59,759 bases of DNA from an uncultured Gammaproteobacteria bacterium (GCA_964457725.1 CAYWGQ010000003.1:21489-81247), one strand, 5' to 3'; positions 43,643 through 54,145 are shown, numbered from the stretch's first letter. Numbers and translations are program-made. The notes: a model not told the origin generated them from the sequence alone.

Positions 43643-46315
43643 TTACGGCGCGCGGCTCACGTGCAGCACGTTCGGTGAGCCGGGCGACGGCGCTTCCCTG
43701 AAGCCGAGCGAGCGGGCGAGACCGCGCATCCGCGCATTGTCCGCGAGGACCTCGCCGTACACCTCGCCGATCCCGCGCGAGCGGGCGTAGTCGAGGATGC
43801 GTTCCATCAACAGGCGTCCGTAGCCGCGCCCGGCGAACCGCCGCCCGATCACGATCGCGAACTCGGCCCTGCGGTTGTCGGGATCCGCCGTGAGCCGCAC
43901 GACGCCCCAGATGTCCGCCCGCCCCGGCGGGCCGGGCTCCGCGAGCACGAGAGCCATCTCCCGGTCGTAGTCGATCTGCGTCAGGCGAGCGGCCATCTGG
44001 TGCGTCATCGTCTTCAGCGCGACGAAGAACCGTTGCCGCACCTCCTCCGGCGTGAGCTTCGCGAACCCGGCCTGCAGCGCGGGCTCGTCCTCCGGCACGA
44101 TCGGGCGGACGAGCAGCTTCTGGCCCTCGCTCGTGAGCACCTCCTGCTCGAGCTCCTTCGGATACGGCCGGATCGCGAGCGGCGGCGCATCCGCGCCCGC
44201 CCCGACGCGAATGCGCGCGTCGAGCGCGATCACCCCGCTCGGCGACGCGAGCAACGGATTCACGTCGAGCTCGCGGACCTCGGGAAGATCGACGACGAGC
44301 TGCGAGAGACGCGTCAACGTGAGCGCGACCGCATCGACGTCGACGGCGGGCACGTCGCGAAACCCGCACATCTCGCGATACACGCGGGTGCGCTCCATCA
44401 GCCGCCGGGCGAGCCACAGGTTCAGCGGCGGCAGCTCCACCGCCGTGTCCGCATTCACCTCGACCGCCTTCCCGCCGCGGCCGAACAGGATCACCGGACC
44501 GAAATCGCCGCCCGAGGTGACGCCTAGGATCAGCTCGACTCCGTGCTGGCGGTCGACCATCGGCTCGACCGTGAAGCCGCGCACTCGCGCATCCGGCACC
44601 GCGGCGGCGATCCGTTCCCGCATCGCCGCGGCCGCCGCGGCGACCGTCTCGCGGCCGCAGAGATCGAGCACGACGCCGCCGACGTCGGACTTGTGCAGCA
44701 CACCCTCCGCGTCGATCTTCAGCGCGACAGGCGTTCCCCAATCGGCGGCGGCCTCCCCGGCCTCGTCCGCGTTCGCGACCGTGCGCACCGGGTTCACGCG
44801 GATCCCGTATGCACGGAGCACGGCGCGAGCCTCCGGCGCGGACAGCCACTCGCGCCCGTCGGCGAGCGCGGTCTCGACGACCGCCCGCGCAGCGCTCGAA
44901 TCCGCCGTGAACAGCTCGGGCTGCGACGGCGGCGTCTCCATCAGCGCGTCCTGGTTGCGCCGGTAGTCCACCATTTGCATGAACGCGCGGACCGCGAGCT
45001 CGGGCGTCGCGTAGGTCGGCACGCCGGCGTGCACGAACACTTCGCGCGAGGCGCGAGCGGTCGATTCGCCGACCCAGCTCGTCAACACGGTTCGGTGCTC
45101 GCGCTCGCGCAGCACGTCGGCCACCGCGCGGGCCGCGCCTAGCCCGGACGCCACGGCCGTCGGGCAGTGCAGGATCAGCAACGCGTCGGCGTGCGGGTCG
45201 CCGAGCACGATCCGCACCGCGGCCGCGTAGCGCTCCGGGTCCGCGTCGCCGACGATGTCGACCGGGTTGCCCTTCGACCAGATCGGCGGCAGCACGCGGT
45301 CGAGCGCCGCGACGGTCTCGGGAGCGAGCACCGCGAGCTCGCCTCCCCGATCGAGCACCGCGTCCGCCGCGAGCACGGCCGTGCCGCCGCCGTTCGAGAC
45401 GATCGCGAGCTTCGGCCCACGCGGCGGGCGCGCAAGTGCCAGCGTCTCGACTGCGGCGAACAGGTCCTCGAGCGTCGCGACCCGCAGCATGCCGGCGCGC
45501 CGGAATGCGGCGTCGTATTCCGCATCCGGCCCGGCGAGGCGGCCCGTGTGCGAAGCGGCCGCCCTGCCGCTCTGCTCGTGCCGTCCGGCCTTCACGACGA
45601 CGACCGGCTTGAGACGCGCCGCCGCGCGAGCCGCCGACATGAACTTGCGGGCGTGCGTGACGACCTCGACGTAGAGCAGGATCGCCTTGGTCGCCGAGTC
45701 GGTCGCGAGATAGTCGAGCATGTCGCCGAAATCGACGTCGGCCATGTCGCCGAGCGACACGAGGTAGGAGAAGCCGATACCGCGTGCGTCGGCCCAATCG
45801 AGGACGGACGTCGTGATCGCGCCCGATTGCGTGAGGAACGCGATTCCGCCAGGCTTCGGTTGCAGATGCGCGAAGCTCGCGTTCAGGCCGATGCCCGGCA
45901 CGAGCACGCCGAGGGTGTTCGGTCCGACGACCCGGACGAGATGCGGCCGCGCCGCATCGAGCATCGCCTGCCCGAGCGTGCGGCAGTCGTCGAGGAGCGT
46001 CGTGAAGCCGGCCGAGATCACCACGACACCGCGCGTGCCGCGCTCGCCGAGCTCCGCGACGATCCGCGGCACGGCGCGCGCGGGCACCGCGAGCACCGCG
46101 AGATCCGGAGCCTCCGGCAAGCTCGCGACGTCGGCATACGCCCGCAGGCCGAGCACCTCGCGATGCTTCGGGTTCACCGGCGTCACACGCCCGGCGAACC
46201 CGCCGGCGAGCAAGTTCTGCATCACGAAGCGACCGAGCGATCCTTCGCGCTCGCTCGCGCCGAACACCGCGACCGATCGAGGTCTGAATACCGCGTCGAG
46301 ATTGCGTATCGTCAT
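43643..46315 (-). CDS. pat: Pat-type bifunctional ADP-forming acyl-CoA synthetase-like / GNAT protein acetyltransferase
   Basis: 890 aa from the ATG at 46315. CoA-binding VAVFGASEREGSLG, an ATP-grasp region, and a C-terminal GNAT domain (GRGYGRLLMERILDYA). Confidence 0.85.
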   Translation of the reverse strand: MTIRNLDAVFRPRSVAVFGASEREGSLGRFVMQNLLAGGFAGRVTPVNPKHREVLGLRAYADVASLPEAPDLAVLAVPARAVPRIVAELGERGTRGVVVISAGFTTLLDDCRTLGQAMLDAARPHLVRVVGPNTLGVLVPGIGLNASFAHLQPKPGGIAFLTQSGAITTSVLDWADARGIGFSYLVSLGDMADVDFGDMLDYLATDSATKAILLYVEVVTHARKFMSAARAAARLKPVVVVKAGRHEQSGRAAASHTGRLAGPDAEYDAAFRRAGMLRVATLEDLFAAVETLALARPPRGPKLAIVSNGGGTAVLAADAVLDRGGELAVLAPETVAALDRVLPPIWSKGNPVDIVGDADPERYAAAVRIVLGDPHADALLILHCPTAVASGLGAARAVADVLREREHRTVLTSWVGESTARASREVFVHAGVPTYATPELAVRAFMQMVDYRRNQDALMETPPSQPELFTADSSAARAVVETALADGREWLSAPEARAVLRAYGIRVNPVRTVANADEAGEAAADWGTPVALKIDAEGVLHKSDVGGVVLDLCGRETVAAAAAAMRERIAAAVPDARVRGFTVEPMVDRQHGVELILGVTSGGDFGPVILFGRGGKAVEVNADTAVELPPLNLWLARRLMERTRVYREMCGFRDVPAVDVDAVALTLTRLSQLVVDLPEVRELDVNPLLASPSGVIALDARIRVGAGADAPPLAIRPYPKELEQEVLTSEGQKLLVRPIVPEDEPALQAGFAKLTPEEVRQRFFVALKTMTHQMAARLTQIDYDREMALVLAEPGPPGRADIWGVVRLTADPDNRRAEFAIVIGRRFAGRGYGRLLMERILDYARSRGIGEVYGEVLADNARMRGLARSLGFREAPSPGSPNVLHVSRAP

Positions 46316-46429
46316 CGGCCGCCCTTTGCACCGCGGCACTTCCGGCCGCCCGCTAGCATCGGTGAATCTACGTATTTTGCCCCGCTCCGGCCCCGCGAAG
46401 AATGTCGGGAAACAACGGGGGTCCGCGCC

Positions 46430-46879
46430 ATGCCAGTACGCTCGATCTGCACACACACCGTCGCGGTGATCGCACCCGACGCCGACGTCGTCACCGCGGC
46501 CGAGAAGATGCGCGAGGCGCACGTCGGCGACTTGGTCGTCATCGAGTATCGCGAGGGACGCCAGATTCCGATCGGCATCATCACGGACCGCGACATCGTC
46601 GTCGGCGTCGTCGCGAAGGGCGTCGATCCGACGAAGCTCACGGTTGCGGACGTGATGAGCGCCGAGCTACTGACGGTGCACGAGGAGAACGGCATCGAAT
46701 TCGCGCTGCGCGAGATGCGGCGCGTCGGCGTGCGCCGCGCGCCGGTGGTCGGCACACACGGAGAGCTGGTCGGCGTGCTGTCGATCGTCGACGCGCTCGA
46801 TCACTTCGCGGCGGCGCTCGGCCACATCGCGGATATCATTCGCCTCGGGCAGCAACTCGAGGCGGACATGCGGCCGTAA
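46430..46879 (+). CDS. CBS-pair protein
   Basis: 149 aa carrying two CBS motifs. Stand-alone CBS-pair architecture. Confidence 0.8.
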   Translation: MPVRSICTHTVAVIAPDADVVTAAEKMREAHVGDLVVIEYREGRQIPIGIITDRDIVVGVVAKGVDPTKLTVADVMSAELLTVHEENGIEFALREMRRVGVRRAPVVGTHGELVGVLSIVDALDHFAAALGHIADIIRLGQQLEADMRP

Positions 46880-46884
46880 GGCAA

Positions 46885-47012
46885 GGTAGGAGCGGCTGTC
46901 CAGCCGCGATTCGCCTTGGGCTGCGGCGTCGCGCCGGTAGACCGCACGACGCCGCGCTGCGGTGTGCCGGCCTTTGCGGCGCGGCAATCGCGGCTGGACA
47001 GCCGCTCCTACC
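46885..47012. repeat. pair of REP-like elements in inverted orientation (BIME-like)
   Basis: Perfect 27-nt inverted repeat: GGTAGGAGCGGCTGTCCAGCCGCGATT (46885..46911) against AATCGCGGCTGGACAGCCGCTCCTACC (46986..47012). Each arm holds its own GCGGCTG/CAGCCGC hairpin. The spacer holds GCGGCGTCG...CGACGCCGC. Confidence 0.7.
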
Positions 47013-47042
47013 GAGAGAAAGCCAGTCGAGGCGCGCGGACCT

Positions 47043-49337
47043 TCAGACGGTGAAGCCTTCGGCCTTGAACGGCAGCTGCCGGATCCTGTGCCCCGTCGCC
47101 GCGTAGATCGCGTTCGCGATCGCGGGTGCCGCCGGCGGCAGCGCCGGCTCCCCTACGCCGGTCGGCGGGTAATCCGATTGGATGAAGTGCACCTCGACCT
47201 CCGGCGCCTTGTCGATCCGCAGGATCGGGTAGCGGTCGAAGTTCGTCTGCTGCACCCGGCCGTTCTCGAACGTGATCTCGAGGCCCATCGCGGTGCTGAA
47301 GCCGTCGATCACCGATCCCTGCACCTGATTCTCGGCACCGCTCAGATTCACGATCGGACCGATGTCGCCGGCGACCCAGACCTTGTGGACGGTGATCTTG
47401 CGGTTCGCATCGACGCTGACCTCGGCCACCTCCGCGAAGTGACCGGCGTGGCTGAAGTGAAACGCGAGGCCGAGCCCGCGGCCTTCCGGCAGCGACCTGC
47501 CCCACCCGGCTTTCTCGGCCGCGAGGCGGATCACGTTCGCCGCACGGCCGGTGTGGAGCACGCGCGGATTATCGGGGACGACGAGGCGCGGCTCGCCCAT
47601 CACGTCGAGCAGGAACTCGAGATGGTCGCGATCGGCAGCCACGGCACATTCGTGCAGAAAGCACTGGACCGCGAATGCGATCGCGTTCGAGCCCGGCGCG
47701 CGCCACGGCCCGGTCGGAATCTGCGACGCGATCAGCGACTGCAGCATGCGGTTGCTCGGCACGACGCTCGCCGGAAACTCCTGCGGCGACAGGTTGCCCG
47801 CGCTGACCGGCGTCTCGCCGTCCCGCGAGAACGTGATGAAGTGGTCCTGCCACGCGGAGAGCTTGCCGGACCGGTCGACCGCGGCCTTGAACGCATGGAA
47901 GCCGCCCGGACGGTAGTAATCGAACGTCATGTCGTCCTCGCGCGTCCATTGCACCTTGACGGGTGCGCCGGCACGACGCGAGACCGCGACCGCCTCGCAG
48001 ACGCTGTCGTTCGCTAGACGCCGGCCGAAACCGCCGCCGCCTCGCAGCTGATGCAGCAGCACGCGCTCCTTGGGCAGGCCGACGAGCGCGGCCACCGCAT
48101 CGACCGCCGCTTGCGGCGTCTGCGTCGGCGCCCAGATCTCGACGCTGTCGCCCTTGAACCACGCGGTGCAGTTCTGCGGCTCGAGATCCGCGTGCGACAC
48201 GTACTGATACGCGTAGAAGGCCTCGACCGTCCGCGCCGCATTGCTGAACGCGGCGTCGACGTCGCCGCTTTCGCCGAGGACTTGCGCCGCTTTCTTGCCC
48301 GCCAGCGCCTTCGCCTGCTCGACGGCGGCCGTCCAGCTGTCCTTCGACGCGGAAGACTCGTCCCAAGTGACCTGGAGCTCGCGCTTCGCCTTCAGCGCCG
48401 ACCACGTCGAGTTCGCGATGATCGCGACACCCGACAGCACGGACGCTCCGCCCGGGTTGAAGGTGATCGGATCGCCTTCCTGCTCGAGGATGAACGCGTC
48501 CTTCACACCCGGAAGCGCCCGCACGTGCTCGAGGTTCGCGGCGACGGCTTTCGCGCCGATCGCGGGCCCCTTCGTGAACGTCGCGTACACCATGCCGGGG
48601 ACGACCTGATCGATGCCGAACAGCGGCTGACCCGTCACGATCTTGCGATTGTCGACGCCGGTGATGCGCTTGCCGAGCAAGCGGTACTCGCTACGCTCCT
48701 TCAGCTTCAGCGACGCCGCGTCCGGGACCGGTAGCGTCGCGGCGAGCTCGGCGAGCTCGCCGTACGTTGCGCTCCGCCCACTCGCGGCGTGCACGACCTT
48801 GCTCGCCTCGGTCGTGAGCTCGCCCTCCGGCACGCCGAAGCGCTGCGCCGCCGCCTGAATCAGCATCGCGCGCGCGACGGCTCCGGCCCGGCGCAGCGTG
48901 TCCCAGTTCATCGGGATCGACGTCGACCCGCCGGCGAACTGCGCGCCGTACAGCGCCTGGTTGATCTCCGACTGCTGAACCTGCACGCGGTCCCAGTCGG
49001 CGTCGAGCTCCTCGGCGACGATCATCGGCAAGGACGTCTTCACGCCTTGCCCGACCTCCGGGTTCTTCGCGAACAGCACGATCGTGTCGTCCGGCCTGAT
49101 CTGCACGTACGCGTTCGGGGTGAACGGCGTCGTGCCTTCCGTCCGCGTCTGCGCGAGCGCGCGCGTTGCGCCCGGGCCGATCGAGAACGCGATCGCCAAG
49201 CCGCCGCCCGCGAGCCCGGTCAGCTTGACGAAATCACGGCGGGAAAGCGCGGCAGCCGCCAACGCCCGCTCGGTCTGCTCGCGCAGGTAGTCGGGAAGAT
49301 ACGGATCGACCGACCAACGGCCCTCGCGGCGGCTCAT
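47043..49337 (-). CDS. iorB: molybdopterin-dependent oxidoreductase large subunit (IorB / aldehyde oxidase family)
   Basis: Tat signal [15 protein letters not shown]. 764 aa. Start forms an ATGA overlap with the stop of the 2Fe-2S subunit gene. Confidence 0.88.
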   Translation of the reverse strand: MSRREGRWSVDPYLPDYLREQTERALAAAALSRRDFVKLTGLAGGGLAIAFSIGPGATRALAQTRTEGTTPFTPNAYVQIRPDDTIVLFAKNPEVGQGVKTSLPMIVAEELDADWDRVQVQQSEINQALYGAQFAGGSTSIPMNWDTLRRAGAVARAMLIQAAAQRFGVPEGELTTEASKVVHAASGRSATYGELAELAATLPVPDAASLKLKERSEYRLLGKRITGVDNRKIVTGQPLFGIDQVVPGMVYATFTKGPAIGAKAVAANLEHVRALPGVKDAFILEQEGDPITFNPGGASVLSGVAIIANSTWSALKAKRELQVTWDESSASKDSWTAAVEQAKALAGKKAAQVLGESGDVDAAFSNAARTVEAFYAYQYVSHADLEPQNCTAWFKGDSVEIWAPTQTPQAAVDAVAALVGLPKERVLLHQLRGGGGFGRRLANDSVCEAVAVSRRAGAPVKVQWTREDDMTFDYYRPGGFHAFKAAVDRSGKLSAWQDHFITFSRDGETPVSAGNLSPQEFPASVVPSNRMLQSLIASQIPTGPWRAPGSNAIAFAVQCFLHECAVAADRDHLEFLLDVMGEPRLVVPDNPRVLHTGRAANVIRLAAEKAGWGRSLPEGRGLGLAFHFSHAGHFAEVAEVSVDANRKITVHKVWVAGDIGPIVNLSGAENQVQGSVIDGFSTAMGLEITFENGRVQQTNFDRYPILRIDKAPEVEVHFIQSDYPPTGVGEPALPPAAPAIANAIYAATGHRIRQLPFKAEGFTV

Positions 49338-49819
49338 GACTCACCTCCCGTGCGGGCAAGGCGCGCGGCGGCGCTCTTGATCGCCTTGCGGATCCGCGTG
49401 TACGTACCGCAACGGCAGAGATTCGCCGCCATCGCGTTGTCGATGTCGGCGTCGCTCGGATTCGGGTTGCGGCGCAGGAGCGCGGTCGCGCTCATGATCT
49501 GTCCCGCCTGGCAGTAGCCGCATTGCGGCACGTCCTCGTCGATCCAGGCTTGCTGCACCGCCGTCAGCTCGCCGTTCGTCCCGGCCAGGCCCTCGATCGT
49601 CGTGATTTGACTGTCGGTCACGCTCTCGACCGGGATCTGGCAGGACTGCACCGGGAAACCGTTCAAATGCACCATGCAGGCACTGCATTGCCCGATTCCG
49701 CAGCCGTACTTCGTGCCGACGAGCCCGAGGGTATCCCGCAGCACCCAGAGGAGCGGCGTTTTCGGGTCGACGTCGTCCTCGAGCTGGTACGACCGCCCGT
49801 TCACGTTCACGCGCAGCAT
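49334..49819 (-). CDS. iorA: (2Fe-2S)-binding small subunit (IorA family)
   Basis: CGIGQCSAC...C and CGYCQ...CRCG cluster motifs. GGAGAG SD before the ATG at 49819. Confidence 0.88.
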   Translation of the reverse strand: MLRVNVNGRSYQLEDDVDPKTPLLWVLRDTLGLVGTKYGCGIGQCSACMVHLNGFPVQSCQIPVESVTDSQITTIEGLAGTNGELTAVQQAWIDEDVPQCGYCQAGQIMSATALLRRNPNPSDADIDNAMAANLCRCGTYTRIRKAIKSAAARLARTGGES

Positions 49820-50015
49820 TGAGCTCTCCGCCAGAGGCAATCGGATTTTTCCCTGGAGTCTCAGGCAAATCCCGGCCGCACGCAAGCGCCGGTCCGGGCG
49901 ATCTTCGCGGCATCACGGCCTGTGCCGCACCCCGGCGCCCTCGTCCCCCTCCTCAGCTGCCGTTCAGCTTCTCTGGCGCTAAATGGGGCCGTCGCTCGAA
50001 TGCTGGAGGCTCGCG

Positions 50016-50753
50016 ATGAACGCTACGCTCCGCGCCCTCGCCACCGGGCTCGCCGCGGCCGTGCTGGGCACGGCGGCGACCGCCGCACCGGAGACCGCCG
50101 ATCGGGTCGCGCGCTCCGCGGAGGGCTATTCGTCCGAGCGCGCTCCGGACGAGCTCCGCGATCCGCGCACCCTCGAGGAATCGCGGCTCCGGCCCGACGA
50201 GGTCGTGCGGCAGCCGAAGTCCGCGTCGACGTTGTCGTTCTCCGACCTGTCCGGCGCGTACGCGGACGCCTGGATCTACGATGCGACGGCCTCGCTGTTC
50301 TACGACCACGACGGCGACGGCTACTACCGCTATCTCCGCGTGCGCTTCGACGCGGACACGGTCTACGAGTCGATGTACGTCTACGCAGCACTGTTCCTGT
50401 CCGCCGACGGCGTAACGTGGGAGGAGTATTACGTCACGGACGACTTCCTGATCCGCGGCAGCTCGCCCGGCGACGACTACGAGGTCGAGACCGAGCTCTT
50501 GGCCGGCTACCCGCCCGGGGAGTACGACGTGCTGATCGAGCTCTACGACGCGGACTACGGCGTGCTCGTCGACGAGTTCGGCCCTCTCGAGTCCGGTGCG
50601 CTCGCGTTGCTGCCGCTCGAGGACGCGGAGCACGACAGCGTCCGGGTCAGCCATTCTCACGGCGGCGGCGGCGCCGCTGGCTGGGCGCTGCTCGCGATGC
50701 TCGGCGCCGCCGCGGCCCTGCGGCGGGCGCCCCGAAGCCGGGCCGGCGCGTAG
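50016..50753 (+). CDS. secreted protein with GlyGly-CTERM-like sorting signal
   Basis: Signal peptide MNATLRALATGLAAAVLG. DHDGDGYYRY motif. C-terminus SHSHGGGGAAGWALLAMLGAAAALRRAPR has a Gly run, a TM segment and a basic tail. GGAGG SD. Confidence 0.7.
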   Translation: MNATLRALATGLAAAVLGTAATAAPETADRVARSAEGYSSERAPDELRDPRTLEESRLRPDEVVRQPKSASTLSFSDLSGAYADAWIYDATASLFYDHDGDGYYRYLRVRFDADTVYESMYVYAALFLSADGVTWEEYYVTDDFLIRGSSPGDDYEVETELLAGYPPGEYDVLIELYDADYGVLVDEFGPLESGALALLPLEDAEHDSVRVSHSHGGGGAAGWALLAMLGAAAALRRAPRSRAGA

Positions 50754-50908
50754 GCCGGCGGAGCGCCGGCCCGCGAGCGGCGGCGCTCCGGTTGGCGCCG
50801 CCGTCCCCATTCCCTATGCTTACCGAAACTCGTCGCGAGCCCGCATCGGGCGGCATATCGACCACGACGGGCCGGATCTCTCACCGTTGCAGACAGGAGA
50901 ATCGACCG

Positions 50909-51502
50909 ATGAGCAGCAGAATCCTGCAGACGATGTTCGGGTTCGCCTGCGGCGCGCTCGCCGTTGGCGCGCTGGCGGCGCCGGTCACCTACGAGATCGA
51001 CCCGAACCACACGTTCCCGTCGTTCGAGGCCGATCACATGGGTGGGCTGTCGCTGTGGCGCGGCAAGATCAACTCGACGACCGGGACGATCACGCTCGAC
51101 AAGGAGGGGCAGACCGGCACCGTCGAGGTCACGATGGACATGTCGACGATCGACTTCGGCCATCAGGGCCTGAACGACCACGCGCAAACGCCGGACCTGT
51201 TCGACGTCGCGCAATTCCCCACCGCGACGTATACGGGCCGGCTCGTCGACTTCCGCAACGGCGCGCCGACCGCGATCGACGGCACCCTGACGATGAAGGG
51301 CGTGAGCAAGCCGCTGCGCCTCACGATCAACAGCTTCAAGTGCCAGCAACACCCGATGCAGCGCCGTGAGGTCTGCGGCGCCGACGCGAGCGCGACGTTC
51401 AACCGCGACGAGTGGAACGTCGACCTCGGCAAGGACCTCGGTTTCGACATGGCCGTGAACTTGCGGATCCAGGTCGAAGCGCTCGTCGCCGACGACTCCT
51501 GA
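50909..51502 (+). CDS. yceI: YceI-family periplasmic polyisoprenoid-binding protein
   Basis: YEIDPNHTFPSFE..., FPTATYTG and GTLTMKGVSKPL motifs. AGGAGA SD. Confidence 0.85.
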   Translation: MSSRILQTMFGFACGALAVGALAAPVTYEIDPNHTFPSFEADHMGGLSLWRGKINSTTGTITLDKEGQTGTVEVTMDMSTIDFGHQGLNDHAQTPDLFDVAQFPTATYTGRLVDFRNGAPTAIDGTLTMKGVSKPLRLTINSFKCQQHPMQRREVCGADASATFNRDEWNVDLGKDLGFDMAVNLRIQVEALVADDS

Positions 51503-51556
51503 CGCTTCCGCCGTCTCCTTTCCGGAGGAGCGGACCCGGCGGCCGGAAGGCCGCCG

Positions 51557-51886
51557 TCAGCGTCCCGGCCCCGACGGCGGGAGCGCAGCCGTCAACCGAT
51601 CGCGATCGATCCCCTCGATCTCGACGATCTTGCGCGTCGCGGCATGGCCCGCGACGACGCGCACCTGCGCGCGCCGCACGCCGAGCGTCTCGGCGAGCAG
51701 CTTCTCGAGCGCCGCGTTCGCCGCGCCGTCGGCCGGCACCGCCGCGACGCGCACTTTGAGCACCTCGCCCGGCAGCCAACCTGCGATCTCGCTCGCCGAC
51801 GCGCGCGGCACGACCTTCACGGCGAGCCGAACGCCCCCGCCGCGCCCGGCCTGCGCGGCGGCGCCCCGAGCCTTGTGCCGACTCAC
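51557..51886 (-). CDS. DUF167 (YggU-like) protein
   Basis: Pattern LAVKVVPRASASEI...LKVRVAAVPADGAANAAL...L. GTG start; the true start may lie further in. Confidence 0.65.
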   Translation of the reverse strand: MSRHKARGAAAQAGRGGGVRLAVKVVPRASASEIAGWLPGEVLKVRVAAVPADGAANAALEKLLAETLGVRRAQVRVVAGHAATRKIVEIEGIDRDRLTAALPPSGPGR

Positions 51887-51895
51887 GCGCGGCGC

Positions 51896-52249
51896 CTACG
51901 GTGCGAGATACGCCGCGAGCGCCTCGAGCTCCGCGTCGCTGATCTCGGTCTTGCGGAAGAACGGCATGACCGACACGCCCGTCCGAACGAAGGCTTTCGT
52001 CAGCTCGGGCACGAGGTCGGTCCGCTCCTCGAGCGCGGCCGGCTTCTGCCCTCGATAGAGCGCCTCGAGCGCAGCCGTGCCCGGCCGCCCGGGCCCCTTC
52101 CCGTGGCAGGGCTCGCACCACCTGTCGAAAACGAGCTTGCCGAGCCCGGGCTCCGCCTCCTGCGCACCGACCGCCGCGCCGAAGCCGAGCGCCGCGGCGA
52201 GCAGGCTCGCCCGCGCTGTTGCAACCACCGAGGTCCTCGCCTGGCTCAT
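51896..52249 (-). CDS. c-type cytochrome, PchC-like subunit
   Basis: Signal peptide and CEPCH heme motif. ATG at 52249 has a GGGGTGA SD. An alternative GTG at 52258 forms a GTGA overlap with the flavoprotein stop. Confidence 0.75.
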   Translation of the reverse strand: MSQARTSVVATARASLLAAALGFGAAVGAQEAEPGLGKLVFDRWCEPCHGKGPGRPGTAALEALYRGQKPAALEERTDLVPELTKAFVRTGVSVMPFFRKTEISDAELEALAAYLAP

Positions 52250-52254
52250 TCGCT

Positions 52255-53907
52255 TCACCCCTGCCGCATGTGCCGCAGATGACTCGGCCAGATGCCGTAC
52301 CGGCCGGCCGCGAGAATGCCGTTCGGATCGATCGCGTCCTTCAGCGTCTCGTGGAACCGCCGAAGCGCGTGATTATTGAATGAGTACGTATTCATGACCG
52401 CTTCCTGGAACGCGGGCGGCGTGCGGTACTCACCCCAGCCGTGCTCCGCGGCGATCTGCACGAGCCGCTCGAATCTCGCGCGGTTCGCCCGGTTCGTCTC
52501 GACGTCGCCCGTGACCGGAAAGGCGAAGATATACACGAACGCGCGGTTCCAGTACGTCGTCGGCAGGCTGAAACCGACCGCGTTGATCGGTAGGCCCAGC
52601 TCGCGCGCCGCCTCCGCGAACACCCGGTTCGCTTCGAAGATCGCCTCGCCGGTGCGCGGAATGATCGGCGAGAACCACATGTGCCCCTCGGTTGGGCTCG
52701 GGTTCGTCGGCGAGCGCGCGCCGATCGAGAACATCGTCAGGCTCGGCACGCCGAACTCGGGCAGCGTCGCGCCGCGGGAGCCGGCCGCCTGGTTACGCGT
52801 GATCTGCTCGACCTCCCCGGCCGACAGCGGAAAGCGGAACGACTCGCCGTTCTCGAAGGTCGCGCCCGGGATCGCGGAGAATTTCTCCTGACAGTACTCC
52901 CAGCTCGCTGCGATCACCTTCTCGGGCCCGTAGAACTTGACCGTGCAGCTCCAGTACCCCACGCCTCGCCGCGCTGCATAGTCCTCGAGCTCCGCGACAG
53001 GCGCGTTCCGGTCGAGGAGCTCTCGAAGCTCCTCGCCGACCGGATCGAAGAAGCCGCCGAGCAACGGGCTGCCGAGCTGCGGCATGCCGTTGACGACGCC
53101 GCTGTTCTCGAGAAAGTTCAGGATGTCGACGAGCGGCACGAGGTCCGCGTGCTTCGGCACGGTCACCGTGCCCGCGAGAAAGGCCTCGGGCTCCGGCATC
53201 AGCCAGAACCCCATCTTCGTCACGACGCCGTAGTTCGACTGCGAGAACAGACCGTCGATCCAGGGACCTGCGCCGAACTTGTACTGCTGCCAGGTCTGCG
53301 CGCCCGGCAACGCACCCATGCCGGTCCTGAGCAGCTCGCCGGTCGGCAGCACGACTTCCATGCCGCAGTGCGAATCGAAGTGGTTCCTGTAGGTCGTAGC
53401 GGTATAGCCGCCGCCGTGATCGAGCGCGTTGCCGATCAGGCTGCCCCAGCCCGGGTCCGGACAGTCCATCCAGACCTTGAGCCCGTTCTCCTGGATGTGC
53501 CGGTAGAAGTCGAAGTAGCTGACGCCCGGCTCGACGAGCGCAGACGCATTGCGCTCGTTCACCTCGATGATGCGGTTCATCCGTTTCAGGTCGAGGACGA
53601 CGCTGCCGGAAAGGTTCGGAGCGGAACCGCCGTAGCCCAAGTTCTTGCCGGTCGAGATCGGGTAGAGCGGCACGCGATACTGGTTCGCGATGCGGACGAC
53701 GGCCTGCACCTCCTCGACCGTGTACGGCGCGACCGCCGCCGATGCGACTCGCTCTTCGGGCTCGCCCTTGAACGGCGAGTAGGCGTCGCGATAAAGAGCG
53801 ACGTCTGCGTCGCTCGTGAACACCCATTCGGCGCCGACTGCGCCTTCGAAGTCGCGCAGCGCTCGATTGAAATCGCGCTCACTCACTCCCGGCGGCAACG
53901 TAGCCAT
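52255..53907 (-). CDS. FAD-linked oxidase, vanillyl-alcohol oxidase / p-cresol methylhydroxylase (PchF) family
   Basis: 550 aa from the ATG at 53907. PCMH-type FAD domain (ISTGKNLGYGG...VLDLKRMNRI). Length and C-terminal cap fit the VAO/PchF family. Cytochrome c gene lies immediately downstream. Confidence 0.85.
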   Translation of the reverse strand: MATLPPGVSERDFNRALRDFEGAVGAEWVFTSDADVALYRDAYSPFKGEPEERVASAAVAPYTVEEVQAVVRIANQYRVPLYPISTGKNLGYGGSAPNLSGSVVLDLKRMNRIIEVNERNASALVEPGVSYFDFYRHIQENGLKVWMDCPDPGWGSLIGNALDHGGGYTATTYRNHFDSHCGMEVVLPTGELLRTGMGALPGAQTWQQYKFGAGPWIDGLFSQSNYGVVTKMGFWLMPEPEAFLAGTVTVPKHADLVPLVDILNFLENSGVVNGMPQLGSPLLGGFFDPVGEELRELLDRNAPVAELEDYAARRGVGYWSCTVKFYGPEKVIAASWEYCQEKFSAIPGATFENGESFRFPLSAGEVEQITRNQAAGSRGATLPEFGVPSLTMFSIGARSPTNPSPTEGHMWFSPIIPRTGEAIFEANRVFAEAARELGLPINAVGFSLPTTYWNRAFVYIFAFPVTGDVETNRANRARFERLVQIAAEHGWGEYRTPPAFQEAVMNTYSFNNHALRRFHETLKDAIDPNGILAAGRYGIWPSHLRHMRQG

Positions 53908-54145
53908 GGCAGCCCCCCTCGTCGGTCGCGTGCGGAACGGCCCCGCCCCGAGTCGCGCGGCTCGGACGGCGTTTTTCGTCATTCTAGCCGACGCGGGCCT
54001 TGAATATATCTGAGCGAGCAGTTACTTTAGGTCTTGCATGAAAGCCCGTATCTCTGCGCGTTCCTTCCGGGATTCCCCCCCTCTCAGCCCGGAGGAGCGC
54101 GCGGAGGCACGGCGCCGACGGTCCCTTCCGCAGCCGGCAGCAATT

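Noticed and set aside
43470-46331. 953-aa ORF in another frame of the pat gene
   Set aside because: Arg/Gly/Ala-rich with no motifs. The 43643..46315 frame carries CoA-binding, ATP-grasp and GNAT motifs.
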